Assembly: GCF_030028105.1 (NCBI RefSeq)
Contig: NC_092387.1
Span: forward strand, 8,337,305 to 8,401,304
DNA: 64,000 nt
Origin: Mobula birostris
Taxonomy: Eukaryota
Reading direction: 5' to 3'
Of this stretch, positions 49,006 to 61,320 are shown in pieces. The position numbers and the translations under genes were made by a program. Each line of letters opens with the position of its first letter. The stretch's first letter is position 1. The notes beneath the pieces are model-generated. The model made no database searches. It saw nothing but the letters and a program-made list of their open reading frames with translations, and was not told where the DNA came from.

Positions 49006-52000
49006 TGTAGTGTAATATAATCGGTGGAAATGTACGTAATTCACAACCACTGACATTGAGGTGGAGTTCACTTTAAGAGGCTGATCTGACGTGATGGCAT
49101 ATTATGTGAAGTTCTGTTACTGGGCTTTATGTGTTCAGTGTTTCAAGTACAATAAATGTTATTACATTTTTACAAAAAATATATAAAATCCCTCATATTG
49201 TTTTATTTGTGAAAATCTACATTGGTGACAGTGATGGAATTGTCCTAGAGCAGAGTTATTACACGTCAGCCAACACAGTTGCTTCGAAACTGCCAGAGTT
49301 TTGGGAGCAAAACGCCGTTGCTTGGTTTGTACAATTCATGTTGCAAGAAATCACTGCTGACAACACCAAATTTTTCTATGGGGTAGCATCGCTCAGCAGC
49401 TCCGTGACTGTGAGAACGGTGAGTCTACCTGAACTTGATAAATACCGATTGCTGAAAACTCTCCTTGCCCGGCCTCCACAATGCTAAACTGTTGAAGCTG
49501 ATGGACTACATGCTGTCTCTCCTGGGGAAATCACCATCCTCATTTTATTTTTAAAGAACTCTTCATGCAACAAATGCCTGTGAAGTTTGCTAATGCACCC
49601 ATGATGGACTATAGGGAGCTTGCTAAAATGGCTGATAGTCTATACTCAGCCAGGCAGTGGTGCGGCATTCCTCCTCCTTTTCCTGCCTCGATAAGCCCAG
49701 TTAGAAGGCCCCCAACATGGCTGCGAAACAGACAACGCCAGGCTCGTTTTGGCACAAACGTGAGGAAGTGCCAACTGCCTTGCAGCTTTGACAGCACAAG
49801 TGCATCGGGACATCAGAGGCCGGTGCAGCTGCCAGATTCACCTACTCTTCATTACGGACACCCTTTCAGGATGACGCTTCCTGTGTGATACGGGTGCTCA
49901 AGCGAGTGTGCTGTCGGCAACGCCTACTGCTGAGAAGGCAGGGAGCGATGAGACCTCACTGGAAGCCGCCAACGGCAGCAGGATCCAGACCTACAGGACA
50001 TGACAGGTGATGCTCTGCTTCAGTGGGTGATGTTACACGTGGAACTTTGTCCTGGCTAAACTGGCTAGACCTCTGCTCAGTGCCGATTTCCTGTGTGCCT
50101 CAGGACTATTAGCTGATCTTAAGAACCGCCAGCTTATTGATGTCAAGGACTTCGGGTCGTCACTTCATTCCATGAGCTGCTGCACTTGTGCTCCCCCTGT
50201 ACAGTGTGCTTAAAGGCTCTACCTTAATCACGTGCTTGATTGATCAGTGGACATTTGATGACCCCAAACAAGCTCTTTCTAGTGTGACCCTCCTGGTGTA
50301 CCAGCTCTCCAATGCACCTATAGCCATTACTACTGACACTTCAGACTATGCTGTGGTTCTGTGCACGAGCAGTTGATCAGAGACCTATGGCAGTCGCTCG
50401 CCTTCTTCAGCCAGCAGCTCCATCCCCCTGTACAGCACATTTGACCGTCAGCTTCTCGATCTCAGTGTGGCTGCCCGCCATTTCTGTGTTCATTGACCAC
50501 AAACTGCTCACACTTGCAACGGCTGAAACAACAGACCCTTAGTCTGCATGGCAGCAATGCCGCCTGGCCTACATATCAGAGTTCACAACTGATGCACAGT
50601 GTAACCAGGGGAAAAATAATGCCATGGCTGATTGCCCCTCACAGTAAGCCGTTGAGGAGTTAGCTGACAAGCTACTGATCCAGAGGTCCAAGCTTACCAA
50701 AAAGTAGCCACGGGCCTGTGGTTGGCTGACATTAAGTTTGGGAAGCTGGGGTTTCTCTCCTGTGTGATGTTTCAGCTGGATGCTCTCACCCCACAGTGCC
50801 CGCAAACTGGAAGCGGACTGTTCTGACTCCATAAGAGGCCTCTCGCACCCGGGCCAAAAGGCCTCACAGAAACTGGTTACATTAAAGTTTGTGGGGCACA
50901 GCCTTCGTAAGAATACGTGTGATTGGACTGCAGCCTGTGTGGAGTGTGCTGGGCACATGGCCAAGTGGTTAAGGTGTTCATCTAGTGATCTGAAGGTCGC
51001 TAGTTCGAGCCTCAGCTTTGGCAGTGTGTTTGTGTCCTTGAGCAAGGAACTTAACCACACATTGCTCTAGTGTCTGTGCGAGGAGTGGCGCCCCACACAG
51101 ACTTCCAATCTGTGCCTTGTAAGGCATGAAAGTACCCGATGCAGGCCTCTCATGGTCTGAGTCAACGTTCCCTCCCCTCCCTTCCTGTGTGGAGTGCCAG
51201 CAGGCAAAAATTAACCATCATGTTCAAGTGCCACTGGCAACTTCTGAGGTCTCTGAGTGATGGTTTGACCACATCAATGTGGACCTTGTCGGTCCTCTTT
51301 TTCCCTCTCTCCCCTGCCAGCAGTTTCATACACCTCCTTACCATGGTGGACTGTACCACTGGGTGGCCAGAGATTGTCCCTCGAGCATCATTGAAGGCTG
51401 CAGATGTGGCTCGGGTGTCCGTCAGAACCTGGGTTACTCATTTTGGCACCTCATCTGATATTTCCTCTGGCTGTGGTCCCCAATTTATTTCAGACCTCTG
51501 GGCTGCACTTGCCCAGAGCCTCGGTGTTAGGCTACATCACACAATGGTGGATCACCTGAAGTCCAATGACCTGTGCAAACAGTCTCACCACTCCTTAAGG
51601 GCTGCTCTGACGGCTACCCTGGCAAATGGGTGTTGATCGTCTCCCATGGGCCCTGCTGAGGCTTTGAACAGCTCCAAAAGAGAACCTGCATTTGTCTGTG
51701 GCTGAGTTGGTATATGGGCAGCCATTATGAGTGCCGGGTGGTTTTAATGCCATGATTGCCTGGTCAGCCTCTCACAGTAATCTACCCTCCTCAGTAAATT
51801 CAATGCCTTTTCACCTATTCCTACCTCCCATCACGGCGGACAGCACTCTTGGGTTCCTGTTGACCTACATTCTGCCTTGTTTGTTTTCACCTACCATGAG
51901 ACACACCGACATCCCGTTAGGCCCCCTTACGATGGCTCGTTCCACATTTTGCAACAGAGAGAAGAAACTTTTATCATAGATACGAGGGGTAAGCTGAATG

Positions 52001-52437
52001 TATTTTGCAGATCGCCTTAAACCAGCCCACCAAAATTTGGAGGAATCCACTACCGTGCCCCTGCCATCACGGCATGACCATAAGTATGTCAAGACACGGC
52101 AGGATGAGTCAGAGGCACCTGCTGTTCCTCCACCCGTGGAACACTGGATCTGAGCCAGGAAGCTCAGCCGAGCTCCAGACAGGCTCATAATATGGGTGTC
52201 CGTGAATTCTGGGGGGGGAGGCTGTGTAGGGTAATGTACTTGGTGGAAATGTGTATAATTCACAACCACCGACGTTGAGTTAGGGTTCACTTTACGAGGC
52301 TGGTCTGACATGTTGGCTTATTATGTAAAGTTCTGTTACTCCACCTTTTGTGTTCAGCATTGCAGTTGCAATAACAGTTGTTACGGTTTTTCTTAAACGT
52401 AAAAGATCTCACGTGGGTTTGTTTGTGAAAACGTACA
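49006..52437 (+). mobile_element. Ty3/Gypsy provirus with both LTRs (49006-49221 and 52225-52437), RT largely deleted
   Basis: TG..CA LTRs; PBS ttggtgac at 49222; PPT 52211-52221; 4-bp TSD gtac/atac; gag KLPEFW, protease FLCDTGA, RNaseH TTDTSD and integrase remnants. Confidence 0.92.
50947..51183 (+). mobile_element. tRNA-derived SINE with the same head as 7241-7564 but a different 3' half
   Basis: A and B boxes; 13-bp TSD cctgtgtggagtg at 50934-50946 and 51184-51196; (ccct)n tail. Confidence 0.9.
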
Positions 52438-53376
52438 ATACTTGCTTTGAGGCTTTTATATCATTGGAAGAGGGGATGAGAGAGAATGTCCGATGTGAGT
52501 GAGGTCTATGATTATGCTGGCTGCTTTGCTGGAGTAGTGAGAAGTGTAGACAGAGGCCATGGAGGGGAGGATGGTTTCTGGTGAGGGTTGACAGGGGCAT
52601 GCCAAATTCCCGCATGCTCCTGACTGGGTAGAGGTGTTGCTGACTTTTCTGGGCCATGGTCTCTACGTGGTTCAGCCAGGACAGGCTATTGGTGATGATC
52701 ACTCCTAGGAATTTGAAGCTCCCAATTCTCTCAAGCTCAACACCGTGGATGTAGACAAGAGCATAAAGTGCTGCAGTTTCTGGAGAAAACCCAGAACCCC
52801 ATAACCTTAGCCTCTTACTGAGCCAAGCTGGTTTTGAGACCCGTGTGAACAATTGAGTCTTGATAAAATGATAATTTTTAAACAGGAAGATAAGGTCTAT
52901 GGCTATCATGCATGCTTTGGGCAAAATAGAACATAGAACAGGCCTTTTAGCCCACCAATTAAATTTGTATTCAAATGGCTAATTAAACTAATCTTTTCTG
53001 CCTACGCAATCTTTCCATTTTCCTCACATTCATGTGCCTATCTAAACATCTCTTAAAAGTCCTTAATGTATCTGCTTTTATCACTACCCCAGGCACCCAC
53101 CACCCTGTGTGTTTTAAAAAACTTGCCCCTTGCATCTGCTTTGAAATTACACCCTCTCACCTTAAATGCATGCCCTTTGGTATTAGACATTTCAGCCCTG
53201 AAGAAAAGATATTATCTGTCTACTCTATTTATGCCTCTCATAATCTTCTAAACCTCCGTCAGATCTCCCTTTTGCCTCTGCCGCTGCAGAGAAAACAACT
53301 CAAGCTTCTCCAGCCTCTCATTTTAGCACACGTCCTCTAATCCAGACAACATTAATGGGGTAACCAAAACTGTATG

Positions 53377-53948
53377 CAGACATCCCACCTCTCCCGGAAG
53401 TTCCGGGAGTCTCCCGCATACGAATAGTGGCTCCCTGATGCCCGCAAATTATATACAATATCACGGAAATCACTTTTTTGAGAGCGAGAGAGCGCGCGAG
53501 AGAGGGAGAGCGCGAGAGCAGGCAAGCGAGAGAGAGAGAAAGCAAGTGAGAGCGCGTCAGCCAGAGAGAGTGAGAGAGAGAGAGAGAGCACGCGCGAGCG
53601 ACCACGAGAGAGAAAGTGAGAGCGCGCCATGGCAGAGTGTTCAAAAAAAAAAAGAAAATATAAAGTGTACCCCTGCCTGATAGGGGTCAAAAATAATGAC
53701 AGTGTTGCTCACTGCGCTGTTTGAAAAAGTGACTTTTCTATTGCCCACGGTGGGTTAAGACTGTAAAAGACATGTTGAGGTGAGTTTAACAGGTGTTGTT
53801 CATTCATTAGCATAGCTAACATTATTTAATCTAGCTGGCCAACTGCTAAGGAGCTACTCTATTGCAGCCATCCCACCTCTCCCGGGAGTCTCCCGCAAAT
53901 TGATGGTGCTACCTCCCTGAAGTGAGGTTTTGCAGGGTGGGGTGTCTG
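53377..53948. mobile_element. Non-autonomous DNA transposon (hAT-like) with internal GA/GC microsatellite
   Basis: Termini cagacatcccacc / ggtgggggtgtctg; flanks tgtatg / tgtata; subterminal ctcccg repeats; interrupts a CR1 fragment. Confidence 0.75.
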
Positions 53949-54094
53949 TGTATACAGCACTCCAGATGCAGCATAAGTAAAGTTTTGTAAAGCTGTGGTA
54001 TAACTTCCTGATTTTTGAACTCAATGCCTCGACTAATAAAGGCAATCATGCCATGTGCCTTCTTAACCACCTTGTGCAGCCACTTTCAGGGAGC

Positions 54095-54900
54095 TATGTA
54101 CGTGCACTCTGCTCATCCACACTGCAATGTACGTGCACTCTGCTCATCCACATCCACACTGCAATGTACGTGCGCTCTGCTCATCCACACTGCCATGTAC
54201 GTGCACTCTGCTCACCCACACTGCCATGTACGTGCACTCTGCTCATCCACATCCACACTGCCACGTACGTGCACTCTGCTCACCCACACTGCCACGTACG
54301 TGCACTCTGCTCACCCACACTGCCACGTACGTGCACTCTGCTCACCCACACTGCCACGTACGGGCACTCTGCTCACCCACACTGCCACGTACGGGCACCC
54401 TGCTCACCCACACTGCCACGTACGGGCACCCTGCTCACCCACACTGCCACGTACGGGCACCCTGCTCACCCACACTGCCACGTACGGGCACCCTGCTCAC
54501 CCACACTGCCACGTACGGGCACCCTGCTCACCCACACTGCCACGTACGGGCACCCTGCTCACACACACTGCCACGTACGGGCACCCTGCTCACCCACACT
54601 GCCACGTACGGGCACCCTGCTCACACACACTGCCACGTACGGGCACCCTGCTCACACACACTGCCACGTACGGGCACCCTGCTCACACACACTGCCACGT
54701 ACGGGCACCCTGCTCACACACACTGCCACGTACGGGCACCCTGCTCACCCACACTGCCACGTACGGGCACCCTGCTCACACACACTGCCACGTACGGGCA
54801 CCCTGCTCACCCACACTGCCACGTACGGGCACCCTGCTCACCCACACTGTCACGTACGGGCACTCTGCTCATCCACACTGTCATGTACGCGCACTCTGCT
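54095..54900. repeat. 31-bp minisatellite, about 26 copies (cacactgccacgtacgggcaccctgctcacc)
   Basis: Direct inspection; the 31-aa periodicity of the overlapping ORFs equals three 31-nt units. Confidence 0.96.
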
Positions 54901-55500
54901 CTGTCTCTTTGCATTTGACCTACTAAGGTGCAACACCTCACATTTGACCAGGTTAAACTCCAAATATTTTAAAATAATAGAGGGTGAAAATTGAAGTTAC
55001 TAATCAAGGTGCCAATAGGCCTTAGAGAGATTCTCAGTCTTGGAAAGAATTTTTTTGGTTGTGTAAAATTTGGTTGAGTAGAAATAAGAACCATGATTTA
55101 TCTACGTTGTAGTACAAAGGGTGATCGTTGTTCAACCTGAGGTGTAATAAGTTTATTTAATGTATGCTAAGTCAATCAATCTTCTTTCAAAATGAAAACA
55201 GCACACGCTGGATAATGATAAATAAGCACAGGGGATTCTGCATAGCTGCAAGTCCAGAACAACACACACAAAATGCTGAAGGAATTCAGCAGGTCAGGCT
55301 GCATTAATGGAGAGGAACAGCCAACGTTTCAGACTGAGAGCCTTCTCAGTAGGTCAGTCAGCATATATCGTGTGAGAAATAGAAGTTAACATCCCAGATT
55401 AATGACATTTCAGCAAATCTTGGAAAACTAGTGAAATAAGCAGAGAAGAGGCAGGAGTGGAGAAAATTTAAAAAATACCTGTAATAGGATAGAGAGTGAG

Positions 55501-55812
55501 CACCGTTCCCTCTAAGGTGCATGGCTGTGCAGGAACTGAATGCTCCCACAGACATAACCTTTGTTGCTACGCAGCTAGAAAAGGTTTATAAAACATGAAT
55601 GATTTTCTTTGTTGTACCGTGTTTCATTATACTCTCCAGTTAATAAATAAAATCAAAAGTGTGATTTCTTTTTCAGTTTTCATTCTAAATATTCATTTAT
55701 GCATATTACAAAAAAAAAATAATTTGCCGCACTTTTTCAGGCCCTGTAAAAAATTTCCTGCTTATAGCAATGGTTGGTCCATGCAGCTGTAAAAAACACA
55801 GAGGGAATGTTG
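55501..55812. mobile_element. hAT-like MITE
   Basis: Inverted termini caccgttccctct / agagggaatgttg; TSD degraded. Confidence 0.55.
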
Positions 55813-56764
55813 TGAGTGCTGTAGACTGAATGATGCAGATAATGTTGGTTCCAGTTGAGAGAGGGTTCTGTAGGCTTGATACTTGCTGTTTATCTGGGTA
55901 ACTTACTGAAGGCCATCAACCCTACTGGGGCAATGGCAGCCAACAACAGCTTATCACAGTCCTTTTGTTCGAGCCAGTCTTTCAAGTTGTCCCCCAGGTG
56001 TAGGCCATTTTAAGATTCTAACTCTCCCAGGATGAGGTTTTTGGAGCTTCTGTTGCCGTTTCTGTAGCTCTGGATTGTTATGGGATGGTATTGCTAGCCC
56101 CATGCTCTTTTCACAGCCGGGCTTGGGACCATTCATGGTGGAATTAGTTCGTTTATCTGTCTGGTGGATGTTTTGAGCTGGGTGAGAATGGAGGAGAAAG
56201 GAAACAAAACAACACTGAAACTGTGGTGCTGACGAAGGGTTTTGGCATGAAACGTCGACTGGAGATGCTGCCTGGCCTGCTGCGTTCACCAGCAACTTTG
56301 ATGTGTGTTACTGGAACTGTGAGATGCATCTCTGCAGAGGCTGAAAATCGGAGATGGAAGAGAATGCTGCAAATATCCAACAGGTCAGGCAGCATCTGTG
56401 GAGAGAGGAAGAACTTGCACAATGGGGATTTTTCATCAGAACTGGACAATTCTGACTATCTGAAGTTCATTGTAGAGTTTTTGGGCCTGGGGCATGCCTG
56501 GTTGAAACATGAGAAACTGTCAAACTTGCTTTGGACACAAACTTGCTGGAGAAACTCAACAGATCAGACCTGCTGAGCTCCTCCAGCATGTTGTGTGTGC
56601 TGCTCTGGATTTCCAGCATCTGTAGAACCTTGTGTTTAGAACAAGGATCTGTAGAACAAAATCAGGTTTTGTTGAAATAGAGTTGGAGGTCAAAAACCGG
56701 GATGTCAGAGTGGGAGTGGGATGGGGAATTGAAGTGGCAGGAATATCTGGGCCATTTAGGAGCA

Positions 56765-59290
56765 GAAACGTAGAAAACCCACAGCACAATACAGGCCCTT
56801 TGGCCCACAAAGCTGTGCCGAACATGTCCTTACCTTAGAAATTACCTAGGGTTACCCCTAGCCCTCTATTTTCTGAGTTCCATATACCTGTCCAGGAGAC
56901 TTAAAAGACCCTATCGTATCTGCCTCCACCACTGTCGCTGGCAGCCCATTCCACGCACTCACCACTCTCTGCGTACGTACAAACAAACAAACTTACCCCT
57001 GACGTCTCCTCTGTATCTACTTCCAAGCACCTTAAAACTGTGCCCTCTCGTTTTAGCCATTTCAGCCCTGGGAAAATGCCTCTGACTATCCACATGATCA
57101 ATGCCTCTTATCTATACACCTCTATCGGGTCACCTCTCATCCTCTGTTGCTCCAAGGAGAAAAGGCCAAGTTCACTCAACCTATTCTCATAAGGTATACT
57201 CCCCGTTCCAGGTAACATCATTGTAAATCTCCTCTGCGCCCTTTCTATGGTTTCCACATCCTTCCTATAGTGAGGCGACCTGAACTGAGCACAGTACTCC
57301 AAGTGGGGTCTGACCAGGGTCCTATACAGCTGCAACATTACCTCTTGGCTCCTAAACTCAAGCCCACAATTGATGAAGGCTAATGCACAGTTTGTTTTCT
57401 TAAGCATAGAGTCAACCTGCACGGCACCCTTGAGTGTCTTGTGGACTCGTACCCCAAGATCCCTCTGATCCTCCACACTACCAAGAGTCTTACCATTAAT
57501 ACTATATTCTGTCATAATATTTGACCTACCAAAGTGAACCACCTCACACTTATCTGGGTTGAACTCCATCTGCCACTTCCCAGCACAGTTTTGCATCCTA
57601 TCAATGTCCTGCTGTAACCTCTGACAGCCCTCCACACTATCCACAACACCTCCAACCTTTGTGTCATCAGCAAATTTATTAACCCATCCTTCCACTTCTT
57701 TATCCTGGTCATTTATAAAAATCACGAAGAGTAGGGGTCCCAGAACAGACTCCTGATGCACACCACTGGTCACCAACCTCCATGCAGAATATGACCCATC
57801 TACAACCACTCTTTGCCTTCTGTGGGCAAGCCAGTTCTGGATCCACAGAGCAATTTCCCCTTGGATCCCATGCCTCCTTACTTTCTCAATAAGCCTTGCA
57901 TGGGGTACCTTGTCGAATGCCTTGCTGAAATCCATAGACACTACATCTATGGCTCTACCTTCATCAATGTGTTTAGTCACATCATCAAAAAAATTCAGTC
58001 AGGCTCGTAAGGCACGACCTGCCTTTGACAAAGCCATGCTGACTATTCCTAATCTTATTATGCCTTTCCAAATGTTCATAAATCCTGCCTCTCAGGATCT
58101 TCTCCGTCAATTTACCAACCACTGAAATAAGACTCACTGGTCTATAATTTCCTGGATTATCTCAACACCCTTTCTTGAATAATGGAACAATATCTGCAAC
58201 CCTCCAAACCTCTGTAACCTCTCCTGTCCCCATTGATGATGCAAAGAGGCTCAGCAATCTCCTCTCTCGTCTCCCACGGTAGCCTGAGGTACATCTCGTC
58301 TGATTCCAGTGGCTTATCCAACTTGATGCTTTCCAAAAGCTCCTGCAAATCCTCTTTCTTAATATCTACGTGCTCAAGCTTTTCAGTCCACTGTAAGTCA
58401 TCCCTACAATCGCCGAGATCCTTTTCCATAGTGAATACTGAAGTAATATTAATTAAGTACCTCTGCTATCTCCTCCGGTTCCATACACACTTTTCCACTG
58501 TCAAACTTGATTGGTCCTATTCTCACACATCTTATCCTCTTGGTCTTAACATACTTGTAGAATGCCTTGGGGTTTTCCTTAATCCTGTCCGCCAAGGCTT
58601 TCTCATGGCCCCTTCTGGCTCTCCTAATTTCTTTCTTGAGCTCCTTCCTGCTAGCCTTATAATCTTCTAGCTCTCTATCATTACCTAGCTTTTTGAACCT
58701 TTCGTAAGCTTTTCTTTTTGACTGGATTTACAACAGCCTTTGTACACCACGGTTCCTGTACCCTACCATAACTTCCCTGTCTCATTGGAACATACCTATG
58801 CAGAACTCCACGCAAATATCCCCTGAACATTTGCCACATTTCTTCTGTACATTTCCCTGAGAACATCTGTTTCCAATTAATGCTTCCAAGTTCCTACCTG
58901 ATAGCCTCATATTTCCCCTTACTCCAATTAAACACTTTCCTAAGGAGATGATAGAGTTGTGATCACTATCTCCAAAATGCTCTCCCACTGAGAGATCTGA
59001 CACCTGAGCAGGTCCATTTCCTAATACCAGATCAAGTACAGCCTCTCCTCTTGTAGATTTATCTACATATTGTGTCAAGAAACCCTCTTGAACACACCTA
59101 GCGAACTCTACCCCATCTAAATCTCTCGCTCTAGGGATATGCAAATTGATATTTGGGAAATTAAGATCTCCCACCATGATAGCCTTGTTATTATTACATC
59201 TTTCCAGAATCTGTCTCCCTGTCTGCTCCTCGATGTCCCTGTTACTATTGGGTGGTCTATAAAAAACACCCAGTAGAGTTATTGACCCCA
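56765..59290 (-). mobile_element. CR1 LINE ORF2, frameshifted
   Basis: FYRPP, VGDLN, SDH, MDFSKAFDKV and FADDTK in ORFs 58782-59351 and 57108-57980. Confidence 0.93.
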
Positions 59291-60705
59291 GAACTGCAAA
59301 GTGTTTACACTGTGGAAAACCAAATACATATTTGGTAAAAACCAAACACATAACAGATAAAAAAAAAACAAATTCCTATTGGGTTAAAAAAATCAAATGC
59401 ATATTTGGTTTTAAAAAACGCATATTGGGTAAAATCCAAACCAAATGCAGATTGGGTTAAAAAAGATAAAACACAGACTATGGGCAGGTCACTAATCTGA
59501 AGGAAGTGGCAGTAAGTCACTGAGTTTGAATCACTGGATGTGGAAAGGTAAAGGGTAATGGACAGACATTGCATCCCGTGATGTTGCACAGAAAGGTGCC
59601 GTGACAAGGTGAAGGTGTGTGATGGAGATGATCGGATAAAGCAGGGGGTCATGGAAAAATGCCCTCTTTGGAGCGGAGGGGAGAGGAAGATGAGTCTGGT
59701 GGTCTTGTCACCGATTAACTGGATTCTGAAAACTGGCACTCATTTCTCAATCACACTTTATTTACTTGTGCAGATGGAGAACAGCTTGGCCCCTGTCACC
59801 CACACTGCACTGAACTCTGAACCAGAGAAATGCCCCTTTTATACAGAATTGACTAGGAGCTGCAGATATTTACCATTCACAATACTGGTGTTAAAAGTCA
59901 AAAGAAACTACAAGGCAACAACCAATAATACTTTGAAGTTAGTCATTATCCCTTTGTGTGTTTTCCTTGAATCCTTCTGGTACATTCTTATCTTGTCTCA
60001 GTAAGCCAAATGACTCTGGCCCCCTTCTGTGAAAGAGAACCTCTCTTAAAAGATGTTTCTTACCTGGGCTGACTGTCTAACCCTCAACTTGCCTCAACTT
60101 CCACAGTGGCACCTTATTAAAATCAGCATAAAATATGTACGATTTTACGATTTAAGATAAGATTAGCATTATTTATCATACGTACATTGAAACATACAGT
60201 GAAATGCGTCGTTTGAGTCAAGAACCAACTCAGTCCAAGTATGTGCTGGGGGCAGCCGGCAAATATCACTGTGCTTTTGGTGCCATCATAGCAAGCCCGT
60301 AAACTTACTAACCTTAACCCGTGTGTCTTTGGAATGTGGGAGGAAACTGGAACACCAGGAGTAAACCCACAGGGTCATGGAGGGAATGTAAAATTCCTTA
60401 CAGACGGCAGTGGAAATTGAACCCTAATCGCTGACGTGGTAAGTCATTGCAGCAACTGCTACACGCCTGTGTCGAGTCTGCAGGCTGATGGGTGGAAGGT
60501 GAGAGCAAGTGGAATCCTTGTTCTGGGTGTGAGGCAGTGAGAGCTGAAGTATTGGGAACAGAGATGATTGGAAGCACTGTTGACTATGCTGGGTGGGAAG
60601 CCATGGTTAAGGGAAAGTGCACACATTTCAATAGGATTGCAATTGACAAGGACTGGTATGGGAAATTTCAAATGTGTTCACAATGATCAGTCTATTAATT
60701 ATGTA

Positions 60706-61280
60706 GGTTCCTTAAGGTGTTATAGCTGGGCAGGGTTAAACTCCCACTACCTAATAGATGCTCCCAATGGGATGTGTTTCAAATAGCTTTTGACAGCCAA
60801 GTCCAGTTCCTGGCTTAGTAGCTAAGCAACTCATGGAACCATTTCTTCTGACAGGAGAAGGGGCAAAGGTGGGTTACTGGCGCCTTAAAACCAGTCACTT
60901 CAGGCAGATGGGGCTTGTCAGCTGTGGTTGGCAGCTCATCTAGTAGAAGGAAAAGTCTGATCTCAAATCTCCACTGCCTTGTGGCTATACCCACACATGG
61001 GGAAGGCTTTGGGTGTAAACTCCAAGGAAGAATCCAGAGTTGGAATCCCTAAGGCAGTCCTATGTTGAATTCAATGCTGTCTGGCAGCTCCTGTGATGCT
61101 GCTGGTTTCAAACTGTATCAGTCTCTGCCATTCCTTTTGATCCATCAGCTGTGTGGAGAGGGGGAGCCTGCTGCACGGGCAACAGCTTGCTCTCCGTAAC
61201 ATACTGCCCTGGCTTATGCATCATGTGAACAGCCAGGACACAGCATAGAGAGTTAACTCCGACCAACACGGGGCCTCAAT
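60706..61280 (+). mobile_element. Non-autonomous RTE-type element, family A, full length
   Basis: Co-linear with 11980-12525; ends about 40 bp before a TTLL13 acceptor. Confidence 0.65.
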
Positions 61281-61320
61281 TAATTATGTATCAATGCCAT
61301 GCCTGTCTTTTGGTTTCCAG

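Noticed and set aside
54015-54994. Three His/Cys-rich ORFs resembling a metal-binding repeat protein
   Set aside because: All three frames are open only because the 31-bp tandem unit lacks stop codons
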